A stretch of DNA of 63,119 nucleotides, counting the filler, from an uncultured Ignavibacteriales bacterium (GTDB lineage: Bacteria > Zixibacteria > MSB-5A5 > GN15 > JAAZOE01): assembly GCA_964611355.1 (NCBI GenBank). It is 4 parts of 4 records of this genome, joined end to end, with 100 filler letters (N's around TTAATTAATTAA, not from the genome) between each part and the next. Parts side by side here need not be neighbours in the genome. Positions count along the whole stretch, not along the records: positions 35,697 to 52,791 come from CAZSYD010000050.1; positions 52,892 to 63,119 come from CAZSYD010000069.1; 2 more parts are not named here. One strand, given 5' to 3'. The notes under the pieces were generated by a model that had not been told where the DNA came from, searched no databases, and saw only the letters and a program-made list of their open reading frames with translations. The translations under genes and the position numbers were made by a program. Below, one piece after another: positions 50,657 through 60,399 of this stretch; the first letter of the stretch is position 1; each line of letters opens with the position of its first letter.

Positions 50657-52684
50657 ATGCGCCTAAATCGCCTGTCATCGCTTCTGGCTCCCATCCGAAT
50701 TCGGTATCTGTTACTGGTCGCATTGATACTGGGGCTGATCTTTTTCGCTTTAGCCTATATGGGTATCCGAAGCGCCCGGCAATCGCTTCTGAAAATCATG
50801 GTTGACGAAGGAAAGGCCCTGGTTGAGAGCCTGACTCTGTCATCCAACAACGCTATTCAGGCCGGTCTGCTCCTGGAGAGCCTCGCGGACGAAAAATTCG
50901 CTGATCTGGCTCATGTTGTCGATCAGCGGCTGCATGGTATTACCGATTCCGAAATCTTTCGTCAATTCCGTGACGAACATAATCTGTTGTCGATTGATAT
51001 CCTTGACAGTAACCTGACTATTGTTGGATCCGACCGCTGGGCGAGTGGGTTTGCCCCTCGTTATCCTCCGGAAGTGGCCGCCGAAATACACGATATTCAA
51101 CTCATGGGCGGCGGGTATCGTTCGGTGACGGTTTACGGCGATTCACTTCAGCCGCTTATACAATACTTCGTTTATGCTTTTGCCCCGGAGGGCGACCTGG
51201 TGGTCATGGCGACCGAGGCGGCTTATCTTGAGCAGATCACGCGCCGGATTGGTATCGGGTATCTTATCCGCCGGATATCGGATCAGGCCGGGATAGACTA
51301 TATAATTCTGCAGAGCAGGGATGGCATTATCTTTGCCTCTCAGCCCGTTGCCCCCGTGCTGACTATCGAGAACGACCCGTTTCTTGGCTCACTGATGGAA
51401 ACCGACACAGTCGGCTGGCGGATACATGAATTCGAAGGCAGAGAAGTCCTTGAGATTACCAAACGATTCGAATCGGTGGAGTATCCTCCCGGAGTCTATC
51501 GAATCGGGATTGACCTTGATGAGTATCGCGAGATATCAAAAGGGTACAACACGCAGATTATTACTATCGCCATCGTCCTGTTTCTCCTGACTCTGCTGCT
51601 TGTGGCCGTGGTGTCGATTAATCAGAATTACTTTATCCTTGATCAATCCTATCGTCGGATGAGGTCGATGACCGAAACAATTTTCGACCGTTTCTCCGGC
51701 GCCGTCCTTGCCTTTGATTCCGAGGACAAAATAATCGCCGTCAACAAGGCCTTCACGGAGTTATGCGATATTGATTCAAGCGCCATAGGCAGGCGAGTAA
51801 CCGACATTGCCGGAAAGCTTCCCTTTGAACTTCCTGCCGGAGTCAAACCCGGAGAAAGGGCAATCGGTCTTGAACGAAACATTACTACTTCGTCGGGCGA
51901 ACAAAAAACCGTTCTTCTTGGCGTTTCATCATTGCCGTCAGGGGCCGGCGGCGGAGCGGTCATCCTGATTCATGACATAACCGATCAGAAACGATTGGAA
52001 GAGGAAAGCCGGCGGCGGGAAAGGTTGTCGGAGATGGGCGATATGGCCGCCGGCGTGGCGCACGAAATCAGGAATCCGCTCAATGCCATATCTATTGCCG
52101 CGCAGAGGTTGAAACATGAATTCGAACCGACCGAAGAAAAAAATGATTACGATCACCTGGCCAAAAATATCCTCGATGAATCGGCCCGCTTAAACGATAT
52201 TTTAACCCGTTTCCTCGAACTGACAAAAACCCGCGCCGCTGAATACGAGCCGATTGATCTTGCGGAGCCGATAAAGAAAGCCATTGAAAGCGTTTCCGAC
52301 GAAGCTTCCCGGCATAACGTTTCGATTGATTATCCCACGCACGACGAGATAAAAATTCGCGGAGCCGTCGAAAAGATGCAGCAGGTATTTATAAACCTGC
52401 TTAAAAACAGTATCCAGGCGATGCCCGGCGGCGGTAACGTAATTATTGCGGTGAATACGACCGAGGACAAAACGGTTGAAATTATGATCTCCGATACCGG
52501 GCCGGGATTTCCGCCGGAAGTGCTACCGAAAATCTTCCAGCCGTATTTTACGACAAAGGCCGACGGTTCCGGCCTTGGCCTTGCTTTGGCGTATAAGACT
52601 GTCACCGACTACGGCGGCCGGATCAGCGCATTCAATTCACCCGCCGCCGGTGCGGTGATTAAGATTACATTACCGGTAGTATAG
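50657..52684 (+). CDS. Membrane sensor histidine kinase (PAS; NtrB/ZraS-like)
   Basis: AGVAHEIRNPL, NLLKNS, DTGPG, FQPYFTTK..GSGLGL; alternative TTG start at 50621. Confidence 0.9.
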   Translation: MRLNRLSSLLAPIRIRYLLLVALILGLIFFALAYMGIRSARQSLLKIMVDEGKALVESLTLSSNNAIQAGLLLESLADEKFADLAHVVDQRLHGITDSEIFRQFRDEHNLLSIDILDSNLTIVGSDRWASGFAPRYPPEVAAEIHDIQLMGGGYRSVTVYGDSLQPLIQYFVYAFAPEGDLVVMATEAAYLEQITRRIGIGYLIRRISDQAGIDYIILQSRDGIIFASQPVAPVLTIENDPFLGSLMETDTVGWRIHEFEGREVLEITKRFESVEYPPGVYRIGIDLDEYREISKGYNTQIITIAIVLFLLTLLLVAVVSINQNYFILDQSYRRMRSMTETIFDRFSGAVLAFDSEDKIIAVNKAFTELCDIDSSAIGRRVTDIAGKLPFELPAGVKPGERAIGLERNITTSSGEQKTVLLGVSSLPSGAGGGAVILIHDITDQKRLEEESRRRERLSEMGDMAAGVAHEIRNPLNAISIAAQRLKHEFEPTEEKNDYDHLAKNILDESARLNDILTRFLELTKTRAAEYEPIDLAEPIKKAIESVSDEASRHNVSIDYPTHDEIKIRGAVEKMQQVFINLLKNSIQAMPGGGNVIIAVNTTEDKTVEIMISDTGPGFPPEVLPKIFQPYFTTKADGSGLGLALAYKTVTDYGGRISAFNSPAAGAVIKITLPVV

Positions 52685-52791
52685 AGTTGCTACCCCACTC
52701 ATTCCTATTCTATTCCCCGTTTTTGGTAATGCTCACTTTTTGTCGGCGGGGCGCTACACCGGCGATCAAAAAGTAAAAAGGAGACTGGTCT

Positions 52792-52891
52792 NNNNNNNNN
52801 NNNNNNNNNNNNNNNNNNNNNNNNNNNNNNNNNNNTTAATTAATTAANNNNNNNNNNNNNNNNNNNNNNNNNNNNNNNNNNNNNNNNNNNN
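52792..52891. other. Artificial contig linker
   Basis: N44-TTAATTAATTAA-N44. Confidence 0.97.
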
Positions 52892-52893
52892 GG

Positions 52894-53751
52894 GCGGCGT
52901 ATAGATTTTCAAAGCTGGAATTTTTCAAAAATAACGCGCCCATATTCATTACTGCAAGTATCATAGTAATCCTTGTTCATATAGGCCCCAACCTTCATGA
53001 AAAAAACCACGTTGAAATTGCCGTGGAACATCTGGATAATATGGTTTGGGAATGTCCACATTATCAGAAAGATTATTTTAAGGCAAACCGGGCCCTTCCG
53101 TGGGGAGATTTACTAAGGAACACTCTTGGACGCGATGACCTGGCGGCTAAATATTTCCAGCGTCGCTTGAGTGTTGAAATAAAAACGCCAAGCGCATGGT
53201 CTAACCTGGCTTATATCTACAATAATCGGGGAATGATCGACTCAAGCGCCTATTGCCTGAAACTGGCCCTAAGCCTGTGGCCGGATAACAGTTCTTATCT
53301 GCATCGACTGGCGCTTATTGAGCAAAAACAGGGGCGTTTGGATGATGCCCTGAAATATATTAACCGCGCGGAATGGCTTGATTCAAATAACTCCGCGATC
53401 TATAGCATCAAAGGAATCATTCTGCATGAACTAAACCGCCTGGATGAGGCTTTAACCAGTCTCCGTCGAGCCTGTAACCTGAATCCGACCGGATTTGACG
53501 AGAATAGAAACCTCGGCGTACATTACGCGTCTTTACGCCGGCATGACTCGGCGTATGTCTATCTAAAGAAAGCACACCGGTTAAATCCCAGGAACATTTC
53601 TGTCTTCAATTCATTAATCCTGGAACAGTTGGCGTTGGGAAAAGAAAAGGAAGCAGCCGAAACGTTACAGGACGTTCAAACCATGGTTTCCGGAATCCCC
53701 GATCTGGAACACTTCAAACAGTTGTTGCTGGAACGAGCTAAAGGCGAGTAA
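52894..53751 (+). CDS. Tetratricopeptide repeat protein, 5' truncated
   Basis: Frame open from the contig edge; TPR patterns AWSNLAYIY, IYSIKGIIL, NRNLGVHY. Confidence 0.75.
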   Translation, partial: AAYRFSKLEFFKNNAPIFITASIIVILVHIGPNLHEKNHVEIAVEHLDNMVWECPHYQKDYFKANRALPWGDLLRNTLGRDDLAAKYFQRRLSVEIKTPSAWSNLAYIYNNRGMIDSSAYCLKLALSLWPDNSSYLHRLALIEQKQGRLDDALKYINRAEWLDSNNSAIYSIKGIILHELNRLDEALTSLRRACNLNPTGFDENRNLGVHYASLRRHDSAYVYLKKAHRLNPRNISVFNSLILEQLALGKEKEAAETLQDVQTMVSGIPDLEHFKQLLLERAKGE

Positions 53752-53853
53752 TTAGCCAATATTCTATGTGTTATTGCATTGGATACAAGAAGTGGGAAAA
53801 TGATTTCTACGCATCTATCACAAGTTGAATATGATATTTTTTGACGATATACG

Positions 53854-54261
53854 CTACTGCGCGTACTTGTCAAACCTGTCCCAGTAGGCTTTCGACAACT
53901 GATAAGGAATAAATGCTCCTTCATCGCGATCAGACCCGCTATCGGAAGACTTCGGTTCTATAATTCCCATTTTTTCGGCGTAATCAAATATCTGAATAAT
54001 ATCAAACTTGGCGCTCAGGCGCACCTCTTTGGGTGCGTCCTCGCCGAAACTCCATTTGCCTTCTGTTTTGCCCAGAGAACCGATATGAACTTTGCATAAT
54101 GTATGAAGAAATTGCTGGACGGAATACTGATAATTCGGATAATAATCTATCGTTGGCTTGGGCATTGGAACGGCCTTGCCCAAGGCGATCTCGTACTTGA
54201 AATGTTTAAAGGTTTCGATATACATATATTTACAAATCGGCAATAAAGCACCAAATATCAA
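53854..54261 (-). CDS. Hypothetical protein next to tRNA-Ala
   Basis: 135-aa AT-rich ORF with no recognisable motif; start uncertain. Confidence 0.4.
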   Translation of the reverse strand: MIFGALLPICKYMYIETFKHFKYEIALGKAVPMPKPTIDYYPNYQYSVQQFLHTLCKVHIGSLGKTEGKWSFGEDAPKEVRLSAKFDIIQIFDYAEKMGIIEPKSSDSGSDRDEGAFIPYQLSKAYWDRFDKYAQ

Positions 54262-54318
54262 TAATAATTATATGGATTTAATTCAAGCCTTTTCTCTCCG
54301 TTTCACGGATTATGAATT

Positions 54319-54394
54319 TGGTGGAGCCGAGGGGGGTCGAACCCCTGACCTCATGACTGCCAGTCATGCGTTCTCCCAACTGAACTACGGCCCC
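54319..54394 (-). tRNA. tRNA-Ala(GGC)
   Basis: GGGGCCG..CGGCTCC-A-CCA with G3:U70, anticodon loop CTGGCAG; upstream TTGACA..TATATT promoter. Confidence 0.95.
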
Positions 54395-54511
54395 ACGCCC
54401 AGAGGGTTTTCAATATATATTTCACTTCGGCTCTGTCAAGCAATAAGTTTACCGACAACGACAGCGTTGATATTGCATGGAAAACGACCTTCCGGGAAAT
54501 TTTAGGATATA

Positions 54512-55930
54512 CTATGCAATTTCCGAAATGCGGTTTTTTCGCAGTGCGACAATTATCACGGCGGCAATCGCCACAAACCCGAAAGCGGTTACTACCCAGG
54601 TAAATGAGTCGACAAAAGCTTTGGTTTCGCCAAATGTCGGCATGTACAAATTCTTCCGATAGGCGAATATGGCGGTCGAAACAGCCACGCCGCCCGCTAT
54701 GCCCATGTTGCGGCAAACCGCCAGAAGCCCGGAAGCGATGCCGATCACTTTTTTAGGCACCGCCGACATCATGGCCGAACTATTGGGCGATTGAAACATC
54801 CCCATGCCAACGCCGACAATAATCAATCTTTTAACCACGTCGAATCTGTCAGCGTTCGGGTCAAGGGTGCCGATCCAGAATATCCCCGCCACAAGAATGC
54901 TCAGGCCGAGAGTAGTAAGCAGGCGATAACCGATGGCGTCGGATATCCGTCCGGCAACAGGAGCCACTATCAGAGTACAGATCGGAATCGTCACCAGCAC
55001 TATTCCAACTTCTTTTGGTATCAGATGAAGCACTTCCTCAAGAAAAAACGGAATCAGCACCAATGTCGACGAGTTGCAGATAAAGACTATCATCATAGCG
55101 GATATAGCCAGTGTAAATTGCTTGTGGCTAAAAATGGAAAGCCCCAAAAGCGGGTGATCGGTATGAGTCTCGCGCCAGAAAAAAGCAAAGCCGGCCATAA
55201 GCGAAATGGCCAAAATGCCATAGATTACCTCATCAGGCCATTCGGGGTGATTAAGGCGACTTAAAAAGAAAAGCAAAAAAACCACCGCTACCGCCTGAAA
55301 CAACCCGCCGAGGAAATCAATCTTTGTCTCAGGGTTATCAGGCGTCAGCAACTTGAGCAAATTGCCGGCATAGATTATCCCAAAAATGCCTACGGGGATA
55401 TTTATAAGAAAAATAGAAGACCAGCCCACGGTTGAAACAAGGTAACCGCCCAGCGGCGGGCCGGACATGAATCCAATTGCCACGGCCGTGCCGACGATCC
55501 CCATTCCTTTACCTCGCTCGCCGGCCGGGAAAGACCGAGTCACCAGAGCTGGTCCCGAAGCCATAAGAAACGACGCTCCCAAACCTTGCAAAACCCGTGA
55601 ACCGATCAACTGCCAGATCGACCCTGATACGGCGCAGAGAAACGAACCGACGGTAAACGTGCTAAAACCGATTATGTAGACTAATCTATACCCCTTTTTA
55701 ACCGCCAGCCTGCCCACCAGAAGCAGGGTGGCCGTGATTGTCAACGTATAGGCCAGAACCACCCATGCCACTATATCGACCGGAACTGAAAACTCGCGCG
55801 CAAGCGTCGGGAGACTAACGTTGACAATGGATGCGTCCATCGTGGCAATAAAGGCCGCCAGGGCGCTAACCAGTAGAAACCTATACTTTTTTGCGAGAAT
55901 CCGGTTTTCGATTTCGGCAGTCATCGGCAT
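54512..55930 (-). CDS. MFS transporter, DHA2 (EmrB/QacA) family
   Basis: MDASIVNVSLP, RVLQGLG, GPPLGG, WSSIFLINIPVG, FQSPN; multi-TM. Confidence 0.9.
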   Translation of the reverse strand: MPMTAEIENRILAKKYRFLLVSALAAFIATMDASIVNVSLPTLAREFSVPVDIVAWVVLAYTLTITATLLLVGRLAVKKGYRLVYIIGFSTFTVGSFLCAVSGSIWQLIGSRVLQGLGASFLMASGPALVTRSFPAGERGKGMGIVGTAVAIGFMSGPPLGGYLVSTVGWSSIFLINIPVGIFGIIYAGNLLKLLTPDNPETKIDFLGGLFQAVAVVFLLFFLSRLNHPEWPDEVIYGILAISLMAGFAFFWRETHTDHPLLGLSIFSHKQFTLAISAMMIVFICNSSTLVLIPFFLEEVLHLIPKEVGIVLVTIPICTLIVAPVAGRISDAIGYRLLTTLGLSILVAGIFWIGTLDPNADRFDVVKRLIIVGVGMGMFQSPNSSAMMSAVPKKVIGIASGLLAVCRNMGIAGGVAVSTAIFAYRKNLYMPTFGETKAFVDSFTWVVTAFGFVAIAAVIIVALRKNRISEIA

Positions 55931-55983
55931 CCAAGCTATTGAGCAAAACAAATTGACAATCAACCGCCGGCATCATAATCTAA
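55929..55983 (+). repeat. Promoter-containing direct repeat, copy 1
   Basis: atccaagctattgagcaaaacaaaTTGACAatcaaccgccggcatcaTAATCTaa; similar to 58172-58227. Confidence 0.7.
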
Positions 55984-56090
55984 CAGGGAGAGGTTGTCAA
56001 ATAATTTGAATCCGTTTCGAATATATAAGCGGAACGTGAAAAGAATGCTCCACGCATATAGAAAAAACTTAAGCAACCGAGCAGAATTCC

Positions 56091-58157
56091 TTGATTAAAT
56101 TCGTTAAAAAATACGGCGGCTGGAGCGCTGTTATTCTGATTTTATGCCTGGCGTTATACCTGCGAGTTTATGATCTCACCGTTGACCCACCCCTGGTAAT
56201 CGGCACATTCAGCCAGGATTTGGCCACCGACCCTTATCATATTACTTCGTTTGCCGCTAATAAGGCCAATTTCGGCGCTTGGGAACTGTTCCCGTATCCG
56301 GAATGGCAGGTATTCAAGGTCTCTCTGCCTTCCGTGATATCATACCTTTTGTTTTCGATCGGCAACACAAACAGCTTCTGGACGCACCTGGCCGGTGTAA
56401 TACCCTCCTTTATCGGTATTTTGCTGTTGCTTTGGGGAATAGCATCAGGCGAACGGACCGGGAGATGGCAGCCGGTTTTGGCTGCCGCCATCTTTCTGGG
56501 TACCAATTTCGCCCTGGTGACGTACAACCGCGCGCCGTTCCTGGAGACCGGCGTAATCTTTTATTTTAGCCTTATCGTACTTCTGTATAAAAAAAACGGA
56601 AACAACATCGCCAATTTGCTGATAATAACTCTTCTTACGCTGTTGGCTTGTTTTACCGGGAGGCTGTTCGCCCTGACAGCAGATATCGCCATTCTGGCAA
56701 ATTTGGTCTTCGGGCTTGAAAAGGACAGATTCAAGAAGGTTGGATGGATGACGGCCGGAGGCTTCCTGTTTGCGGTGGTATTACTTCTGCTGTTGTATGG
56801 TAACCGGATCGGCGCCTATTTTGAATATCTCGCCGAGCGTTCCGACACGAGCCGCGGCAACCTGTTCATTCTGAATGGGATCGGAGATTTTATCAAGGTG
56901 TTGTTCTCCTACGGCAGCGAAAGCAGGCTGTTTAAGGATTCACCGTTTCTATTTATCGCCGGTTACGCTACCCTGATAACCGCAATATTGTGTTTCAGAA
57001 ATTGCTACGACTGGTTCCGAAAAAACCTGTTTCTCAGGTTCTCCCTGTATTGGACACTGACCATGTTCGTTCTTTTCTTTCCCTTTAATTACCGCCCGCT
57101 TCGCTATTCGCTTTTACTGTATTTGCCGCTTGTTCTGGTAATGGCGGCCCTATCCGACGTACGTGAAATCCGCAGAAAAGACTGCTCGGACACGAAATCT
57201 ATTTGGGCCGCCGGCGTGTTATTTTTTTTGAATTTTTTCTTCCTGATTCACCTTGTTATTGACTTTTTTCTTTATGGCTCCTATCCGGCCGAGCCGTTGA
57301 CGGTTTACGCATATATGTTTTTCCCCGCGGTAATTTTAACCATTATCATGATCAGCAATCCGGTGCGAAGAAGATTTACCAGGCTTGTAAAAAATACCGG
57401 CATCGTACTGATAATACTCGCGCTCTGCTCGCTTGCCTACCAGGTGACGACATACCGTCAATGGATAAATCATTCTCACCGGTCAACGGAAGATGCGTCA
57501 AAGGATCTGGCCGATATCCTCGGCAAGGGAGCTGTTATCGCAGGGCCTTATGCTCCCAGGCTGACTCTTGGCTCAAAACACAAGCACTTTATTTATTATT
57601 TCGGTTTGCCAAGACCCGATACAAGCATTTTTAAGACATTCCCGATTTCTCATCTGGCGGTTGGGAAAAGAAATCTCGAGGCGGCCATCAGGGATTTTCC
57701 CGATGTCAAAAATGCTACAATTATCGCCGACTATTTAATCCGCGGGCGCACGGTGATGATTCTTAAAATGCCGCAAAAACCTGCCGGGTATGAACCAAGC
57801 ACTTATGAATTGGCCGAAGAATGCCATAAGCGCGGAGACACGGACTCCGCCCTGATACTCAATGACGCTTTTCGTCAACGCCACCCTTCAAACAAAGCCG
57901 CCCTAAAGCAATTGTTCAGAATCTCTATAAGACGGGACGATACTGATAACTGTATTTCAGCATTAAATGAGCTATTCTACCGCTACCCCAAGAATGTAGA
58001 CGTTCAGTTTTTTTGCGCCCTGCGATATAAGTTCCTTGGAATAATATTAAAACGCCCCGACTTGATCTCTGTCTCAAAAAAAGCCCTGGCAAGAGCGAAA
58101 TGGATGTATTATGGTCTTGAGAATCACCTGCAACGGCTATATGATGAAACGACATAA
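56091..58157 (+). CDS. Multi-pass membrane protein, GT-C (ArnT/PMT-like) fold, with C-terminal TPR-like helices
   Basis: First TM LALYLRVYDL followed by a TDPY loop, YNR.PFLE, PLRY, many TMs. Confidence 0.6.
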   Translation: MIKFVKKYGGWSAVILILCLALYLRVYDLTVDPPLVIGTFSQDLATDPYHITSFAANKANFGAWELFPYPEWQVFKVSLPSVISYLLFSIGNTNSFWTHLAGVIPSFIGILLLLWGIASGERTGRWQPVLAAAIFLGTNFALVTYNRAPFLETGVIFYFSLIVLLYKKNGNNIANLLIITLLTLLACFTGRLFALTADIAILANLVFGLEKDRFKKVGWMTAGGFLFAVVLLLLLYGNRIGAYFEYLAERSDTSRGNLFILNGIGDFIKVLFSYGSESRLFKDSPFLFIAGYATLITAILCFRNCYDWFRKNLFLRFSLYWTLTMFVLFFPFNYRPLRYSLLLYLPLVLVMAALSDVREIRRKDCSDTKSIWAAGVLFFLNFFFLIHLVIDFFLYGSYPAEPLTVYAYMFFPAVILTIIMISNPVRRRFTRLVKNTGIVLIILALCSLAYQVTTYRQWINHSHRSTEDASKDLADILGKGAVIAGPYAPRLTLGSKHKHFIYYFGLPRPDTSIFKTFPISHLAVGKRNLEAAIRDFPDVKNATIIADYLIRGRTVMILKMPQKPAGYEPSTYELAEECHKRGDTDSALILNDAFRQRHPSNKAALKQLFRISIRRDDTDNCISALNELFYRYPKNVDVQFFCALRYKFLGIILKRPDLISVSKKALARAKWMYYGLENHLQRLYDETT

Positions 58158-58171
58158 TCCGTCCGCTACCA

Positions 58172-58227
58172 ATCCAACCCGTTGAATAAAAACAAATTGA
58201 CAACTACCGCCGGGCATTATAATCTAA
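58172..58227 (+). repeat. Promoter-containing direct repeat, copy 2
   Basis: atccaacccgttgaataaaaacaaaTTGACAactaccgccgggcattaTAATCTaa. Confidence 0.7.
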
Positions 58228-58260
58228 TCACGATCGGCTGCCGGCCGTGCTGATTTTTAT

Positions 58261-58288
58261 TGCACGTTTGGCGGATAACCTCGTCTAA
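58261..58288 (+). promoter_or_regulatory. Putative ECF autoregulatory promoter
   Basis: TGCACG-N15-CGTCTAA upstream of the ECF sigma gene. Confidence 0.35.
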
Positions 58289-58316
58289 TAATTAGACGAA
58301 AGAGAAAGCTGCCGGG

Positions 58317-58883
58317 ATGACAGATGACATCACCCGTCTGGTGACGCTCTTTCAGAAAGGCGACCGGCAAGCCTTTACGCTGCTTGTCAACGCCTTTCAG
58401 CAAAGGATATATGCGCTGGCGTTCAAGATTCTGCTAAACCACGCGGAAGCGGACGAGGTGACTCAGGAAACATTCGTAAGAGTTTATAACCGAATAGAAC
58501 AACTGAAATCACCGGCGCACTTTTCCTCTTTCGTCCATCGAATCGCCACCAATTACGCCATCGACCTCCTTCGGAAGAGACGGGGCCGCATGGTGGCGAT
58601 GCCGGAGGAAACCGAACTTCCCGGATCGGTGCAACTGGCCATAGCGGCAAAAGTTACCGACCCGGAAAAGGCTCTGGAAAACAAGGAGTTGCTATCGAGC
58701 ATACTTAAAGCGGCCGAGGAGCTTCCCCCGCGGCAAAAAATGACGCTGGTGCTGCATGATATCGAGGGCCTGGCTAAGGACGAGGTCGCCCGGATAATGG
58801 GCTGTCCCGAAGCGACCGTCCGATCCAACCTTCATATCGCCAGAAACAAAATGAAAAAAAAGCTGGGGAAATTGCTTCATTAG
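58317..58883 (+). CDS. ECF RNA polymerase sigma factor
   Basis: ADEVTQETF, RIATNYAIDLLRK, region 4 LPPRQK..EVARIMGCPEATVRSNL. Confidence 0.92.
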   Translation: MTDDITRLVTLFQKGDRQAFTLLVNAFQQRIYALAFKILLNHAEADEVTQETFVRVYNRIEQLKSPAHFSSFVHRIATNYAIDLLRKRRGRMVAMPEETELPGSVQLAIAAKVTDPEKALENKELLSSILKAAEELPPRQKMTLVLHDIEGLAKDEVARIMGCPEATVRSNLHIARNKMKKKLGKLLH

Positions 58884-58908
58884 CGGAAATGGCGAAAAGG
58901 AGCTAAAA

Positions 58909-59460
58909 ATGACACACCTCAACACCACTCTTCTGCACGATTATCTCGATGGCGAACTGTCGCTTGACCAAAAGGCAGAGGTGGAAAACCATCTGACCGA
59001 CTGTAAGCGATGCCGCCTTGAACTCGAAGCTTTGAAACGTCTCAAAGCAGTTCTGTCCAGTGTAGAAACTCCCGACCCCGGTCCGGCATATTTCAAAGAC
59101 TTAAACGATAGAATCGCCGCTCGGACTTTCTCCCATGATATCAGGCAGCCGGAACCGGTTTCGCCGGTTGCGCGCAGCCTTTCCGGACGGGATACCCTCA
59201 AGACGCTGATCAGGCTGGCGGCGGTAATAACGCTTCTTTTTGCGTCGTTTTACGTCTCGCAGATAGTACAGGAAAACAGATCGACCCGCTGGGCCGACAA
59301 AATCACTCAGGGCAAATATGCCGGGACCGATTCCATAGAATCATCCCGGGATATAATGGAACCGCAGGCCGGAATTAACCGCGTGGGTTCCCCGCCCCCG
59401 GTGGAAAATACCACCGAGTCTGATTATGATATCGAGAAAAAGGACCGAATAACAGAGTAA
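58909..59460 (+). CDS. Zinc-binding anti-sigma factor (zf-HC2)
   Basis: YLDGEL..HLTDCKRC (HxxxCxxC), single TM. Confidence 0.88.
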   Translation: MTHLNTTLLHDYLDGELSLDQKAEVENHLTDCKRCRLELEALKRLKAVLSSVETPDPGPAYFKDLNDRIAARTFSHDIRQPEPVSPVARSLSGRDTLKTLIRLAAVITLLFASFYVSQIVQENRSTRWADKITQGKYAGTDSIESSRDIMEPQAGINRVGSPPPVENTTESDYDIEKKDRITE

Positions 59461-59495
59461 CTTGAATCCCCGGCCAGACCGGGCCAGGAGCAGAA

Positions 59496-60359
59496 ATGAC
59501 TGAAAGAAAATCCCTCACCGCTAAAATAACTGTTTCCTGTATTGCCGCCATTATTTCCATCCTGACTGTAATATCATGTACTCAAAAACCGACCCTGTTG
59601 CTGCTTCGAGTCAATTATGAACCGGTCGGCAAGATATTAAAATATTCATTGGAACTGCAACGAGTGGGAACGGCATACAAAAACGATGAATTTGTCAAGG
59701 ATATAGACAAAAAACTTGAAGCCGAGATTACCTACACGACCAAAAAGATTTTCCCCGACGGATCCGCCGCAGTTATAGAAGAAAATAAATGGAGCTGGGA
59801 CGAGGTAACTGATTCCGGCCAGGTCAAGCGAAAGACGACCGAATACGCTTATGATCTGCGTATCGCCCCCAATGGCAGGATAATTGATTTCAAAATGCTG
59901 GGTGATATCTGCCGTCCGTGGGAAAATTACGCCGGGAATTACTATGAGCAGGGGGTGCCGGTTTTTCCCGACTCCGCCATACCAATCGGATACAGTTGGA
60001 CGCAAAACGCCGAAATCGAGATTCCTGACGGCGATACAACCGAGGTCAGCGCCATCTATAAGGTCAAGGGGACAACCCGCAAGATGGGTTATAATTGCGC
60101 TATTATAGAATACAGCGGAAACCTTGTCCTGCCGCTTTTCCCCGATCCCGATGATTCCACTGCCGCCTGGGGCGTGGACCGGATTGAAATGAACGGTATC
60201 CTTTATTTTGCCTATAAAGAGGGCATTTCGGTCAGTTCCGAAGAGCGTCGTCGTGTAATCTGCGAACGTCATACAATTTCGGACGGCGAAGAAATCGTCA
60301 AAAGATCGGAACTGGAGGAGGCCGGAAGCTACAAATTAACCGAAGCGGGCGGCATTTAA
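59496..60359 (+). CDS. Putative lipoprotein, beta-rich
   Basis: Leader ending TVIS-C; FPDSAIPIGYSW motif. Confidence 0.65.
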   Translation: MTERKSLTAKITVSCIAAIISILTVISCTQKPTLLLLRVNYEPVGKILKYSLELQRVGTAYKNDEFVKDIDKKLEAEITYTTKKIFPDGSAAVIEENKWSWDEVTDSGQVKRKTTEYAYDLRIAPNGRIIDFKMLGDICRPWENYAGNYYEQGVPVFPDSAIPIGYSWTQNAEIEIPDGDTTEVSAIYKVKGTTRKMGYNCAIIEYSGNLVLPLFPDPDDSTAAWGVDRIEMNGILYFAYKEGISVSSEERRRVICERHTISDGEEIVKRSELEEAGSYKLTEAGGI

Positions 60360-60399
60360 TCTCTTTACATATTTTATCCTCTTCTTTAGCTTGACCCGT

